NCBI GenBank assembly: GCA_050273025.1 | Contig: CP158635.1 | Coordinates: 10,850,001 to 10,914,000 of the forward strand | DNA from: Cenococcum geophilum | Taxonomy: Eukaryota | DNA: 64,000 nt | Reading direction: 5' to 3' | Shown: positions 12,700 to 25,365 of the stretch, piece by piece | Layout: every line of letters begins with the position of its first letter | Numbering within the stretch: the stretch's first letter is position 1 | The notes under the pieces: model-generated | Told to the model about the DNA's origin: nothing | The model's input: the letters and a program-made list of their open reading frames with translations, nothing else | Databases searched by the model: none | Made by a program: the position numbers and the translations under genes

Positions 12700-14250
12700 C
12701 ACCTAGGATCTACTTCGCGGATATTATAATATCGTGAGCTATAGCAGCTAGCATAATCTTGCGGAGCGATTTGTTTACTACGCTATAGATAACGGTATTC
12801 TTGATGCCCTGGTAAACCACTATACTATTAGTATAAATAGATAGCGCGCTATACTGCTAGTTGGTAGACCATAGATTAAATACGTAAGTAATAGTATACA
12901 TCTCTTTCGGATTAATATAGTCTACTTATTAACTAGGCTTAGGTAATATACTAAACGCCTAAGATTAAGGGAGGTTGGCTATATACTACTGCTAGTTATC
13001 CTCGTATTTAAGTTCCTTAAAAAAAGTAAAAGCCGCTAAACCCGAACTAGGTAGAGGTATTAGTAAAGAGATAAATACGGGTACGCTTAACGTCATTAAA
13101 GAACAATACCCTATTACTTATAGTAAGTAGGTTAAGCCAGATATATAAGTTACTTTGTAACTTAGTGCTAAATTACCTAAGTTTATACTTATTTGCCAAA
13201 GTCTCTAACTAAGCAGTAATAAAGATCTAGAGGGATTTAGAGTAAGATTAACCAAGTCTAATTATATAGGCGTACTATATAAGGTAGCCCACAAGCTACT
13301 AGGCTTAAAGGAACAATAATAAGCCGTATTAGAGTGCGGTAGTGACTTTCTTAATAGTACGTGATTGTTTCTATGGTAATAATCGCGTTTGCATTTATAC
13401 GGTGTTAATAGTATATCCTAGAACTTTAATAACAGTTCCTACTATGTTTTTAAAGCCATTTTAAGGGATACCTAGGAAGTTAGTAATAGAGATATAAGTC
13501 TAGGTAATAGCCGCTAAGTTATTCGGGTTAGCAAGGATAAAGATAAAGTTATCTAGGTAGTATTCTACCTCGTAAGGTAGTTGTAAATAGAGTATCCAGT
13601 ATAGGCCTTCCGCGAAGAGGTTAAATATAAGCGGCGCAGTTTGAAGACTAAAGGATAGGTAGTATTCCTAGTAGGTAATACCTTCCTAGGAGAAGCCTAT
13701 TAATGTTCTTACCCTATAAAATAGGGGGACTATACGGAACGCGTCTTTAATATCTCTTTTAAGCAGTAGATATCCACAACCTATAGAAATAACGTGGGCT
13801 TAAATAGCGGTAACTATAGTATATACTAGTGCTCTATATTCTTCTAGGATTGCGTCATTAACTAAAAATGCTAGTAGAAAGGAGAGATTATAAATTCAGC
13901 GGTATCCTCTATCCGATTTTGGCACTAGGCCAAGAGGTAAGACTATAATAGGCCCTATCGCAATTCTAATATATCCTTTTTTAAGGTCTAATATTATCTT
14001 CTTAGAGATAAGGTCGGCGTTATCCTAAGAGGAGTTATAGTTCCTATAAGATCTTGGGGTAGGGATAGACTTAGCTCCTATCTCGCAGCTATAGGTTAGG
14101 ATGCCTACTAAGGTGGCTAGTAGATTACCTAGGTAGTTAGATAGAAGGGAGTGCCACGCTAAGATCCTTAGGGGCGATGGAGAGTAGTAGAGAGCCTTCG
14201 CCTTTATAAAGGTAGAGAATAATAGTAATGTATTAGGCCTAGGTCCTAGG
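12700..14250 (-). pseudogene. Reverse transcriptase/RNase H of the Ngaro element
   Basis: KRDIKDAFRIVP (~13727-13760), LSFSLQTAPLIF (~13625-13660), YLDNF = YLDDF (~13546-13560). Confidence 0.88.
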
Positions 14251-14339
14251 CATATAATTAAAGTTAGTGTTATTATTAGGCTAGACCCTACTTTATAAGG
14301 TTCGCCTTACTATTCCTAAGCGCAAGCTTTAGATAATGC

Positions 14340-15200
14340 AGTGTAATCTTTACTATACTTTAAGCACTTATATGGGTATTTACAAGCTATATTATTACAG
14401 CCTCTACTATTAAACCTATGGTAGGTATTAGAGGTATAAAAGGTATCCGACCTAGGTCTCTTTAAGGCGGCAAAGCCAATAGCACTAGACATTGTAAGGT
14501 ATAGCGCTATATACTAGGCTAGTATTTGCCAATTAGCGGGCTCTAGTTGGCCATTAGTTATTATAAAGGTATAATAGTTGAGTGCTAAGTTAAGTATATA
14601 ACCTCCCTAGATATACTGGGTTAATAAGGTACAAATTGTGTTTATCTAAAGAAGTATACTAGCGATAAGGTCTAGCGGGCATATACAGAGGGTGCTAGTA
14701 ATAACTACGTAGTTAGTAAAACCTTTAAACCAGACGCCTTTATCTGCAAATAGCTTCCTATCTACCTTTGCCTTCCTTATAACTAGAGTACCATTCTTAA
14801 TCCATATCTTATCGGCGATCTTAATTTAAGTAGTATGGACTTAAAAACGGGCGAGGTTTACTAGATTAAAGGTACCCTTAAAAATGTCCAGGTAATCCCT
14901 TTTTATAACGCTAGGAAGGCGGAGTTCGAGTGACTTTACGCCAGAAGGGAGAGGCTTACTAAGAACATCAGCTATAGTAGCTATTATAGTGGCCTGTAAG
15001 GCCGAAGCGGCTAAGCCTAAATATAATTAAGCCATTTGAGCTAGGTGGTATTTATACTAGTAAGCCTCCTCTACTAGGCGGGCTTTACGCTCTTCCTTAT
15101 ACTTCTAAATCTCCCTTTTATCTTAGGCTTGTTCCCTTTACTTTTTAGTAATTTTACGCTCTTTTACGGCAGCGGCGCGTATATTAGCCTTAGACGGCAT
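14340..15200 (-). pseudogene. ORF1 (gag-like) of the Ngaro element
   Basis: ATG at 15200 near the 5' repeat; C-terminal Cys/His-rich stretch at ~14350-14430; position upstream of RT. Confidence 0.55.
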
Positions 15201-16299
15201 TATAGAACTAGTGGAGGAGGGTATAGCGGTTATAGACGATGGTATAGTTAAGGTAGGTCGTCTAGGTAGGTTTGCTTATTGGGATTATGCACGCATATAA
15301 ATCTCCCAGTTAGTTATAAGCGGTAATAGCGTTATAAAATAATTCTTAAACGAATGGATGATAAATGTATAATAAATATTAATAAGTTTAGCGATATTGA
15401 AAGCGAATTAGCCACGTAGTGACTGCGTTTGATATTCGCGAATATGCAGGAGGTCTTAGCATTGTGCGTTGCTGAGGTAGATGCTGCTAAGCAATATATA
15501 GACGCTAGTATTTAAAGTTTAGGGATACTAAGGATAGTAATAAAAGTTAAGATAAACGTTTTCCTTACTAGTTTCCTACCTGTGCTAGTCCTTCCAGCTC
15601 CTATTATACTAAGAAGAATATTAGTATAAGTGCTAATACTTTTAGGGATAGAAGTCCCAATAATACTATTAATAATAATATTAAGATAGAAGGGGAGGCT
15701 TCTATTACTACTGCTAGTATTTAAGTTATTATTTAGTTCTTCCCTTCTTTTTATAAAATAGCTTTATATAGTGCTTCTTAGGTGCCTCTAGGATGCCCTA
15801 TTATTAGGAATTAACTTTATACTTTAAGGATGCCTTTATTTTAAGCTTCGGTAGCAATTTATATAAAGGCAGTATACTACTATAATCCCTATATATAATA
15901 AACAGGTAGTGTTCCTATAGGTGCTTTATAATTTCTTAAAAATTTTAATTCTTTATAGGCTGTCTTTTTACTCCTCTTTATACTATTAACTTTACTATAT
16001 ATCTCTAGTGCCAAACTAAATACTCCCCTTTTATTCCTAGGGGTCCTTTTAAATCCCTAAGACCTCTTTTTATATTACTACTACTTATTCTTAAATAGCG
16101 TCTTTTTTAGATAGTATCCCTAGTAGTTCTCCTATAGATTTTATAGGCTTCCCCTTATAGGGTTCTAGGATCCCTATTATAATAGCAAAACGTTTCCGTT
16201 TTTAATGCCTATACTTAACCTTATAGTTTTAATTTATAGGGTCTTCCCTATTATTTTATCTATGGTATATCCGGAACTATTACTAAATTTTTACCTTTA

Positions 16300-19200
16300 G
16301 TCCTTAGAAAGGTTTTAATTGCTATATTATATCCCGGCTAAAGGTACTCTTTAGGTTTCTAACTATTATATACCTAAGAATATCCTTCCCAATAGATTAA
16401 GAATTTGCGCTTTTTTAGCGCCATCTTTAGTCTAGAATGTCTTCTATATTCTATTCTAGTTCCCTATTAATTTTACTAGGGGGTAGTAGTTCCGCACTAT
16501 CTTTTCTCTAATATAGCTCTAGTAAGGAAATATAAAATAATTTATAGGCTTAATTTCCTTTAGTTTTCCTAACTATTTTAAAGGGTCCGAGCTACTAGTA
16601 ATCTAGCTTCTTCTTAATACGTTTTATTTAGATATTTTTTATAAATAGTAAGACTTTGTCTCCTATCTTAAATTCTTTTAGTATATATTTTTTGTTATAG
16701 TACCTTTTTTACACAGCCTAAGCGTCTAGTAAGTGCTTTTTAAGTTCTTCTCTGCGAATTCTTATTTGATTAATTCTCTTAGATACTACTAGTGCCTCCC
16801 TTTTAGGAATAATATCCTTAACATTCTAAGGGTTATTTACTTTTACCCTAAACAATACTTTATAAGGGGTCATTTTTATACTGCTATAAATACTTGTATT
16901 ATATACGTATTACGCTAAAGTTAACTATAATATCTAATTATCCTATTAATAATTAATATAGCAGCGGAGGTAGTATTCTAATAACGTATTTAGACGCTTT
17001 ATTAGCCTATCTATTTATAGGTAAAAAGCGGTGCTTATCCTTTGCCGTATTTTTAATAAAAGACAGAATAAAGACTAGAATGCGCTATTAAATATAATAC
17101 CTCTGTTAGATATAATTCCCCTTAGTATGCTAAATAAAAGCTACTGTTTTAAAAATAGGTCTGCTAGTTCTGCTGCTGTAATTATTATTATAATAGTAAA
17201 GTACCCTAAGAACTTTATATATCTATTAACGATTACTAGAATAGTATTAGTAACCTCTCCCGTTCTTATTTTAGTAGGGGTAAGCCTATTATAAAATCTA
17301 TTATTAATTTTAATATAGGTCCCTGCGGAATAGAAAGCACTAATAACTTACTATATAGGCAATATCTAGATATTTATACCCTTTAGTACGTATTATATCT
17401 TAATATATACTCCTTAACCTCTTTAGATATTCTATTCTAAAAGTATTTCCTTTAAACGGCCTTAAGGGTTTTATTAGCACTATAGTAACCCCTAAAAGGG
17501 TTATTATAGAAAACCTTTAAAATTTTATCATAAACCGCTTGGTCCTTTAGGATATATATAGCACCCTTAAAGCGCAATAAACCCTTTTAGTCTTGCTATT
17601 ATAGCTTTTTAGTAACTTTAGCTAAGTTGGTCTCTACTATATCTTTCCACCTCTCCTTAGAAATAAAGGCGTCCCTCTATTATACTTAAAGAAGAAGATT
17701 TAAAAAGGTTTTATATAGATTGCTTACTTCTATTTTATCTACCGCTATTATAAATATAAGGTATAGCATAAAATATTTTAAACTATTAGTGCTAGTAGAT
17801 TCTCCTACTATTATATAGTATGCTACGCTACAGATAGGTATCTTACCTATCCCCTTTAGATCTAGACACTTATAGCTAATACGCCATTAAGTTAAAGGTG
17901 CCGCAATACCCCTAGTATATCCTATAGAATTCTCGCTAATTCTAAGGTATACTAACTTTATAATATCTACCTAGCCTATAACCTAGTCCGTAACTATATC
18001 CTACGGCTTTATAATTATAGCGCTTTATAGCTATATTGCCGGGACCTCTACCCTACTATAAAATTCTATAATTCTAGGGAAAGAGTCTTTTTTTTTTAAG
18101 CAAATTTTGCAATCTAGGGATTATTTCCCCTGTGCTGTTCTAGATCCTTCCTGTCTTAAAATCTAGATATTTTAATAACCTATTAGTGGGATTTATCTTT
18201 CCTAGGCGGTATATAATCTTAAAATCGTACTATAATAGTGCCTCTACCTATCTAGCTTATTAACCGCTTAATACCTTTATAGTTATAAAGTATTCTAGGT
18301 TGTTATGGTCTGTAAGGACTTTAATAGGGTAATTACTTCCCATATAATAATATCGCTAGTATTTTATTGCTATAACTATTATAAGTAGCTTCTAGTTATG
18401 TATTATATAATGCTATTTTATAGGGGTTATTTTCCTTAACCAAAACGCTATAGGATGCTATTCTCCGTCTTTTAATTAAGATATAATTGCCCCTAGGGCA
18501 AAGCTGGATATATCCGTTTTAAGGTATATATATAGCTCTTAGTAGAAGTATATTAGGATAGGCGCTAACGTAAATAAATCCTTTAACCGGTCTATAGCCT
18601 ACTTAGCAGCTTCCCTAAATATAAAGGGTCCTAACTTCTTGCTATTCTTAGATCCTTTTAGTAGATTAGTAATTAGGAGTATTACTTATAAATAGTAAAC
18701 AATAAATGTTTAGTAGAAGTTCGCCGTGCCTAAAAAAACCTATACTTCTCTAAATATTATAGGGTAGGGCTATTCCCTAATGGCGTCTACCTAACTTTTC
18801 TCTATTAACACTCTATTAACGCTAATAATAAAGCCTAGAAAATTAATGCTAGTAGTATAAAACGTGCACTTTTTTAGGTTTATATAGAGCTTGTATTCCT
18901 ATAGTCTTTTTAGTACTATTTATATATAATATATATATGCTTTATAGTTATTAGAGTAAACTATAATATTATTAAGGTAGACTATATATATTGTGTCTAA
19001 CAGGCCTAATAATGCCTTATTAATATAGGCCTGAAATATCGCCGGTATATTAGTAAGCCTAAATAGTCTTACTAGGTACTTAAAGTGGCCGTACTATATT
19101 TAAAACACCGTTTTCTACTTATCGCCAGCTTTAATCTAGATTTAATAGTATATATCCTTTAAATCTAATTTCGTAAATATTTTTACGCCTAACAGTTTAT

Positions 19201-21290
19201 TAATAAGCTCCCCTATTAAGGGTAATAGGTAGCAATTCTTTATAGTAATCTTATTTAGCGCTTAATAGTTAATATAGAGGCAAAGGGTCTTATCCTTCTT
19301 GGGTATAAATATAATTGGTGCCCCTACTAAGCTTATAAAGGGCCGAATCCATTCTCTCTAAAGATTATCTACTATATATTAACGTAGTACCGCTAGCTTA
19401 TTTTTTAATAGGTTATATAATAGTCTAAAAGGAGGTTATTTATCCCCTATGTCTATCTTATACTTTAACCAGTATAGGGTTAGGTAAGGTTTATATAGCC
19501 TCTTTACTAGAAATATCCTTTAAGTCTATATATTCCTATAGAATCTCTAGTTCCTTAACTGTGTATAGCTGGATATCCAAAAATAAATATCCTATATCCC
19601 CGTTCTTAGTGTTAAGAGTGGTATATATAGTATATACCTACCCTTCTTCTTATATATAGTTTAAGAAAGTCTTTTAATCTTTAACTATAATACGTGGTTA
19701 AGACTTTTAATATTAATACGAGGCTAAAGGCTAATTAATGTCCGGATTAACTTAGTAAAGCTATAGGTATCCTAAAATAAGGTTATACCCTTTGATTTCT
19801 ACGGCACAGAAGTATATCTCCTATATATTCTATAGACTATTGCGGTTCTAGCTAGCTATAGAAAAAGCCTATTCCCTATAATATAGAATTTAGTGGCCTC
19901 CGATGCTTTAAATAGTGCGTACTTATAAGCCGCTAAGGTCTAAATCTAATTCTTTTACTAGTAATTAAGAAATAAACCCTATAGTTACGCCGCTATCTAT
20001 AAGGCAGTCTTATATTACCTATTTATTATTAACTTAAATAGAGACAGGAATAACTATACGGCAGCTTACTCCCTCCTTTTCTTACTAGCCCAGTATAAGG
20101 GAGTAAAGATCTACTAGGCTCTTTCTTTTCCCAATTAATCTAACTCTTATTTCTTTTACTAGTAGAAGTACTTTATATAGCCCTTTTTACCGCAGTTATA
20201 ATAAACGCGTAACTCTTAGTTCCACTTATTTAGATTAGGTTTTTGCCTATTATTATTCTAGGGCTAACTAGCGTTACTTTAGGGCTTTAAAGCCTACTTA
20301 CGTTATTCTTTTATAGAGTAGTTACGTCGGAATCTACCCCTATTATTAAAGCTACGTCTAGTCCTACGCTCTTTATTATTAGCGTCTCGTTTCTTTTACT
20401 TACCTAAATAATCTCTTTTAGCATTCTTAATCTAAGTAGCTTTAGAGATAAGCTTTTCTTAAGAGGTAGGAATTTCGCCCTTCTCCTATATAGCCTATTA
20501 AATCTTAAGTTATAACTTGGCAAGTAGCTGGTAAAGTTATATAGTATTATCCTATAGGTTTAAGTAGGGTATATTATTTTCTAGTTCTTCTAAGTAGTTT
20601 ATAAACTAGACTACACTCTAGCCTTCTTGCTATTTAGTATTATAGTATCGCTAGTTATAATCCATCCTTTAATTAGTAAGGTCTTAGACCTAATTAACTA
20701 ACTAGAACTTAAGTTCGCTAAATTTAAGGGGTATAGTAAGTTTCTTCTTATAGCGTGTCTATAAACTCTTAACAGTGCCACGCAGGAAGGTAAAAGTAAT
20801 TAGTGTCTAATTATACTCGTTAGAGTAACATTTTAGATCTAGCTAAAACTTAGTTTTATATTAACGGATAAAATAATTATAGTTCCGGAGACTATTACCA
20901 TAATACTTATTAGGTTCCTTTATATAGAATTTAGGTTTTTTTAACGTTATAGCGTAGTATAGCGTTACCCTATTAAGTCCGCTTCGTGTCTAGGGTGTCT
21001 ATACTTCCCCTAATTATCCTTATAATTATTCTTAGTAGTTTTAATATACTTATTTTAATCGTATCTCTAATTCCTTTGTTTTTTATACGGTCTTACATAG
21101 CGACTACTTTAATAACTCCCTAGCGGTAATTATTTTTAAGGGTCTTGTAAGGTTAGATAGACTAGCCGTAGCTTCTTTATAGGAAGAGGGAATGCGCTCC
21201 TCTAGGGAGACTCTCTAAGCCTCTTATAGTAGGGGCGTCGTTTTAGGGGGTAAGGAGGTATAGCCCGTTATTATTAATTAATAGCCATAC
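16300..21290 (-). pseudogene. gag-pol (PR, RT, RH, IN, chromodomain) of the 9170-21653 element
   Basis: Domain motifs in Gypsy order on the - strand, broken by RIP stops. Confidence 0.88.
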
Positions 21291-21339
21291 GTTCCTTCCG
21301 TAAAGGATTAAGAGTAATTAAAATTATAAGAGGCTAGTT

Positions 21340-21653
21340 TAACCGGAACGTATAATTATCTAATTAATAGTATAGAATAAGAGTTATAGGTAAGTAAAAG
21401 ATAAGTTAAGGTAGAACGATCTTTATAAATAAAGGATAAATGCTTTCTAACCTCTTTTATTTAGAGACTAATCGCTAGCTTTTCTCTAGAGGAGAACTAG
21501 CTCCCTATATAATCCTTCTAAGACGCTAGTAAAACCCTTTACCCCTTATCTATCTAACTATATCTCTTAGGACGTAGATGAAATATAGATGGGATATAAA
21601 CAAAACCTCCTACTGTCTTATCTAATATATACCTTTTAAGGGATTCCGTTATA
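21340..21653 (-). repeat. 5' LTR of the 9170-21653 element
   Basis: Direct repeat of 9170-9479. Confidence 0.9.
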
Positions 21654-21712
21654 AATAGCAATGTCTAATATAATTAATTAACTACGTTATTTCCTACCTA
21701 GTTCGGACGTAT

Positions 21713-21788
21713 AATAACGCAATAGCTTAGCGACAACGCAATAGCTTAGTGATAACTTAATAGCTTGGCAATAACGTAATAGGTCGGC
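21713..21788. repeat. 19-bp tandem repeat x4
   Basis: Units like gacaacgcaatagcttagc at 21713, 21732, 21751 and 21770. Confidence 0.8.
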
Positions 21789-23518
21789 GCTAAGTAATAA
21801 AAGGAAGGGGAGGGAGGAAAGGAGATTAGGGGTAGCTTAGCCACTACAAGAAGGTTTTAATATTAGTATAGTATTAAACTTTAAAAATCGTATCCTAGGA
21901 GCTTAATTAGCGACCTTTATATAAAACGTTAATAATATTTAATTATAGAGCCTTAAACTGGTAGATTTTTTAGGAATACTTATTATAAGTAGCTTTAAGT
22001 ATAAAATCTAGAATATTTAGTAGTAGTATAAGTATAGAATAGGGTATATATTTACGTTCCTAAATATTATTATATAATGTAATTTTTAGATAATAAAAAC
22101 TAGCCATTAATATTACTTAACTAATACTTACTAGAGGCTCCTTGTTACGGGCCTTATATTAGTAGTAATAACACTACTAAGAAGAGATATAAACGGACTA
22201 GTGGTGGAAGTACGGGAGGTACTAGAACTAGTTAAACTATAAGATAAGGGGTAGCCGAGTTATGTAGTAAGTTACGTTATAAGTTTGGAACGTAGAAATG
22301 TGGGAATATAGGAACGCGATATACCGACGTACTAACGTACTAACGTACTTAGTACATTTTTTAGGCGCAGTATTATATATTTAAAGGACCATAGTCCTTA
22401 CCTAAATAGTTCTCTTCTTTGTAGTAAATCTTAGAATATAATTAGAGTTAATCTATTAGGTAATTACTCTACTAGTTATTATTACGTTATTAACTTTCTA
22501 TTTACCTATATACCTAGCTTATTAATAAGTTTACCATAGTATTTCCTATAAGGCTACTTTATACATTTACTACCTAGTTAGAGTATTAATAAAGTTAAAT
22601 AATATACTACTAAAAGCAGTAGTTATAACGGTGTTTGCAATAGCGACTACCTTAGGGTTAGATAACAACACTAGTATAGTAAATACTAACTTGCAGCTAG
22701 TTACGGTTAAATAGTTATAAATAATAGTTAATTAATTAATAGATAATAATAGGATATTTAAAGAAAGAATTAATGGGATTAAAGCGGCTAAGATTAAGCT
22801 ACTATCTATTAAGCGATTCCTAGGGGAGAAGTTAAAGCTTAAGGGATTCCTTATATAAATGTATCTTAAGGTTATATAAGAGGGAGCGAAGTTAGTAATA
22901 GCTATAAACTAAATAGCCTACATAGGACTATTTTTAATAGGAAGGGCACTTAATGTTAGCGACTTAGTTAATCGAGGCATAAGTATAGCAAAAGGGACGC
23001 GCAAGCCTGTATAATTAGATTGTCTATAAACAAGAATCTAAAGCTAAGGAAAGGAAAGGAGAAGAAAAGTAGCGCCGTTTAATGTTTTATAAGATCTTTA
23101 TGTTACGTAACCGCAATATACGGCAATCTGTGGCAACTTGCCGGTATATAGTTCTGCTAAGTTCTACCAGTGCCGTAACATTACCCCCCCCTCTAAAAAA
23201 GCCTGCCCTTAGGCTTTGCCGCTAAAAGTCTTAGTAAGAGAATCTAACTAATTAGATAACTTTAACTGCTAGTTAAAGTTCCTAAATATCTTAAGACCTT
23301 ACGTAACTAAAAAATTTCTAGGGTATTTTTATCCTTATATTCTTCTAGTAGCTTATTATCTTTATTATACTAGCATTCTATCTACTTGTCTAGGTACTTT
23401 AGCGGTCTAAGTTTATTAGGGTAATAGCTATAAAACTCCTAAAGCTTATAGGGCTACCTATAAAGTTCTATATAGGGTACTAAGCAGGGTCTAGGTTATA
23501 TCCTTTTTAACTAATATA

Positions 23519-25365
23519 ATGTACTTTATAAGCGAGTCGCGTATATAAGCGAGTCGCGCACCCTATTAACTTTTTATACCTTTCTAGCTACGTAGATTAA
23601 CAACGCATTAAAATAATATAAATATAGTAGCTATTCTAATTTAAGCAGTATCTATAGTATCCTTTTTATAGGTATATAGGTTGTGCCCTTACTCCCTACA
23701 GCGCGTGTAGCGCGAAAGAGCCCGCTGGCTTATACTTAATTCCCCCCCAACTTAACGCCTTTCGCTCTCCTACAGCTGCCCCACCCCTTTTTAAGTAATA
23801 AGCTCCTCTCCCTTTACTAAAGTTAAGGTACCTCCCTTCTGGAGGCGCTTCCTTTTACGCTGTTAACGCTTTATAGTAGCCTTATTTGCCCTTTTAAGAG
23901 CAGAGACTTAATTACGTAGCAATACTAGCTTATAGCCCATTCCTCTAGCGCCCTTTATAAGGTGATTAAACGCGCTAATAATTAACATAGGAGAAGAATC
24001 TTAATGCCTCTAAATCTAATTACGTACGAGCGTTGACTAAGCATCTAGCTTGTGTGCGTTGCCTAGTGTATAAGACTCCCACGGAGTCTCTAGTATAGCC
24101 AGTGGTAGTATATAAAGCTTTATATTAAGCCTTAAGAGCACTACCTCTGGATTATATAGAATAAGGCCAGCAGCCTAGAAGCCTGCGTAGATATTCTCCT
24201 TTATAATTAATCGCTGGTGCGCTACGTAGTAGGTAGGCAGGAACTCTATCTTTGTAATATGGTTAATATGGTTCCGGGTTAGGTCGCTAATCTCTGCTCC
24301 ATACGCGCGCTTTAATGGTAAAAAGTAGGCAATATCTAACGGCTGTAGAAAGTGTAATAAATGTGGCGGCATATAGAGAGTATAGATTTTGTTTTCCTTA
24401 CAAATTGCCTAAAATTTAAGCGAGTTATAGCTCTTATGGCCGTTAAGGATAAGCAGCTGCTATGCGCCTACTCTACAATTCTTTATATACGTAATAAAGT
24501 GCTTTAGCCAGGCAACTCTAAGATTATTAGTAGTCTAACCGTTATCGCTTATTATAAAATACTAGTTGCGTGGTATACGCTCCTAGTACTAGGTAAAGAG
24601 GTAGTATTTACTAGCAAAAATAATAAAGGGCGGGATTGCCTACCCAGCAGCATTAATTCCGTAAATTACTGTTACCTACTCGCGATTGCCTAGCTAAATC
24701 CCCTTTAGCCTACTACGTCTTTCTAAGCCTATAATAACTAGCTGTGATAATATTCTGCCTATTATAAAACTAGTCTTATTAAAGTTATAGAAATTCTTAT
24801 CCCTAATCCCGTATATAGCTCTTATACGCTTTATAAGCTTAAACTAGGCTTCTATAACCTTAGGATCCTTATAAAGGGCTCGCTGTTAATTATACGGTCG
24901 ATTAAATTGTATTATAAAGCTGTCCGTTCAATTAACAAAGTTCCTAGGCTACTACTTACCTACCTACCTAGCAGCCCTCTTAGTAAGCAGTTTATTAGCT
25001 ATATCTTATATAGCACCTAGCGTAGGCGCAAACCCTCGCGAATTAAGGTCTAGTATATGCCTTATAATTACCTCCTCTTCTAGCTTTATAAGCTTCTTTA
25101 ATTTAGGCTCATAATCGCGTTAGGCGAGCTTTCTAGCGTATTAGTTACGGAGCGTGGATTTGGGGACGTTATATATTGCTACAGCGCGCCTACTACTTTA
25201 AATCTGCCTTGAATTAAGAGCTGAGATAGTAAGAGATATATGGGCCCGGTTGTAGGACTGTCGAGCATAAGTTTATTAAGCCATTGTAGTTTATAGGTAA
25301 CGCGTTACAAAAAGTTAGTGGGGTGCACGACTCCCTTATATACGCGACTCGCTTATAAAGTACGT
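23519..25365 (-). mobile_element. Tc1/mariner superfamily, Fot1/pogo-type DNA transposon
   Basis: ~45-bp TIRs (aYgtactttataagcgagtcgcgtatataag...) with an internal direct repeat; TA TSD (23517-23518 / 25366-25367); 1847 bp; splits the host chromodomain. Confidence 0.95.
23641..25284 (-). pseudogene. Fot1/pogo DDE transposase relic
   Basis: Track ORF 24175-24372 MPPH..HFLQPLDIAYFLPLKRAY; YNFNKTSF (de-RIP YNFDETGF) near 24775; LILNGHKSY near 24440; C-terminal C..C...GH....C. Confidence 0.92.

Larger units (their letters stand above)
10673..15511 (-). mobile_element. Ngaro-type (DIRS order) tyrosine-recombinase retrotransposon, RIP-inactivated
   Basis: Split direct repeats: ~10673-10825 matches ~11095-11250, and 10984-11096 matches 15399-15511, giving A1-ORFs-B1-A2-B2 on -. 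Carries RT and YR motifs; no integrase and no standard TSD. Confidence 0.9.
9170..21653 (-). mobile_element. Ty3/Gypsy chromovirus LTR retrotransposon, RIP-inactivated, interrupted by a Ngaro element
   Basis: Two ~310-bp LTRs; PPT (attgcctcccc on +) next to the left LTR; minus-strand protease LIDSG (~19990), RT YLDD (~18975), RNase H TD.SSFALGA (~18500), integrase (~16900-17500), chromodomain KFLI.WEGY (~16360). No matching TSD visible. Confidence 0.92.
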
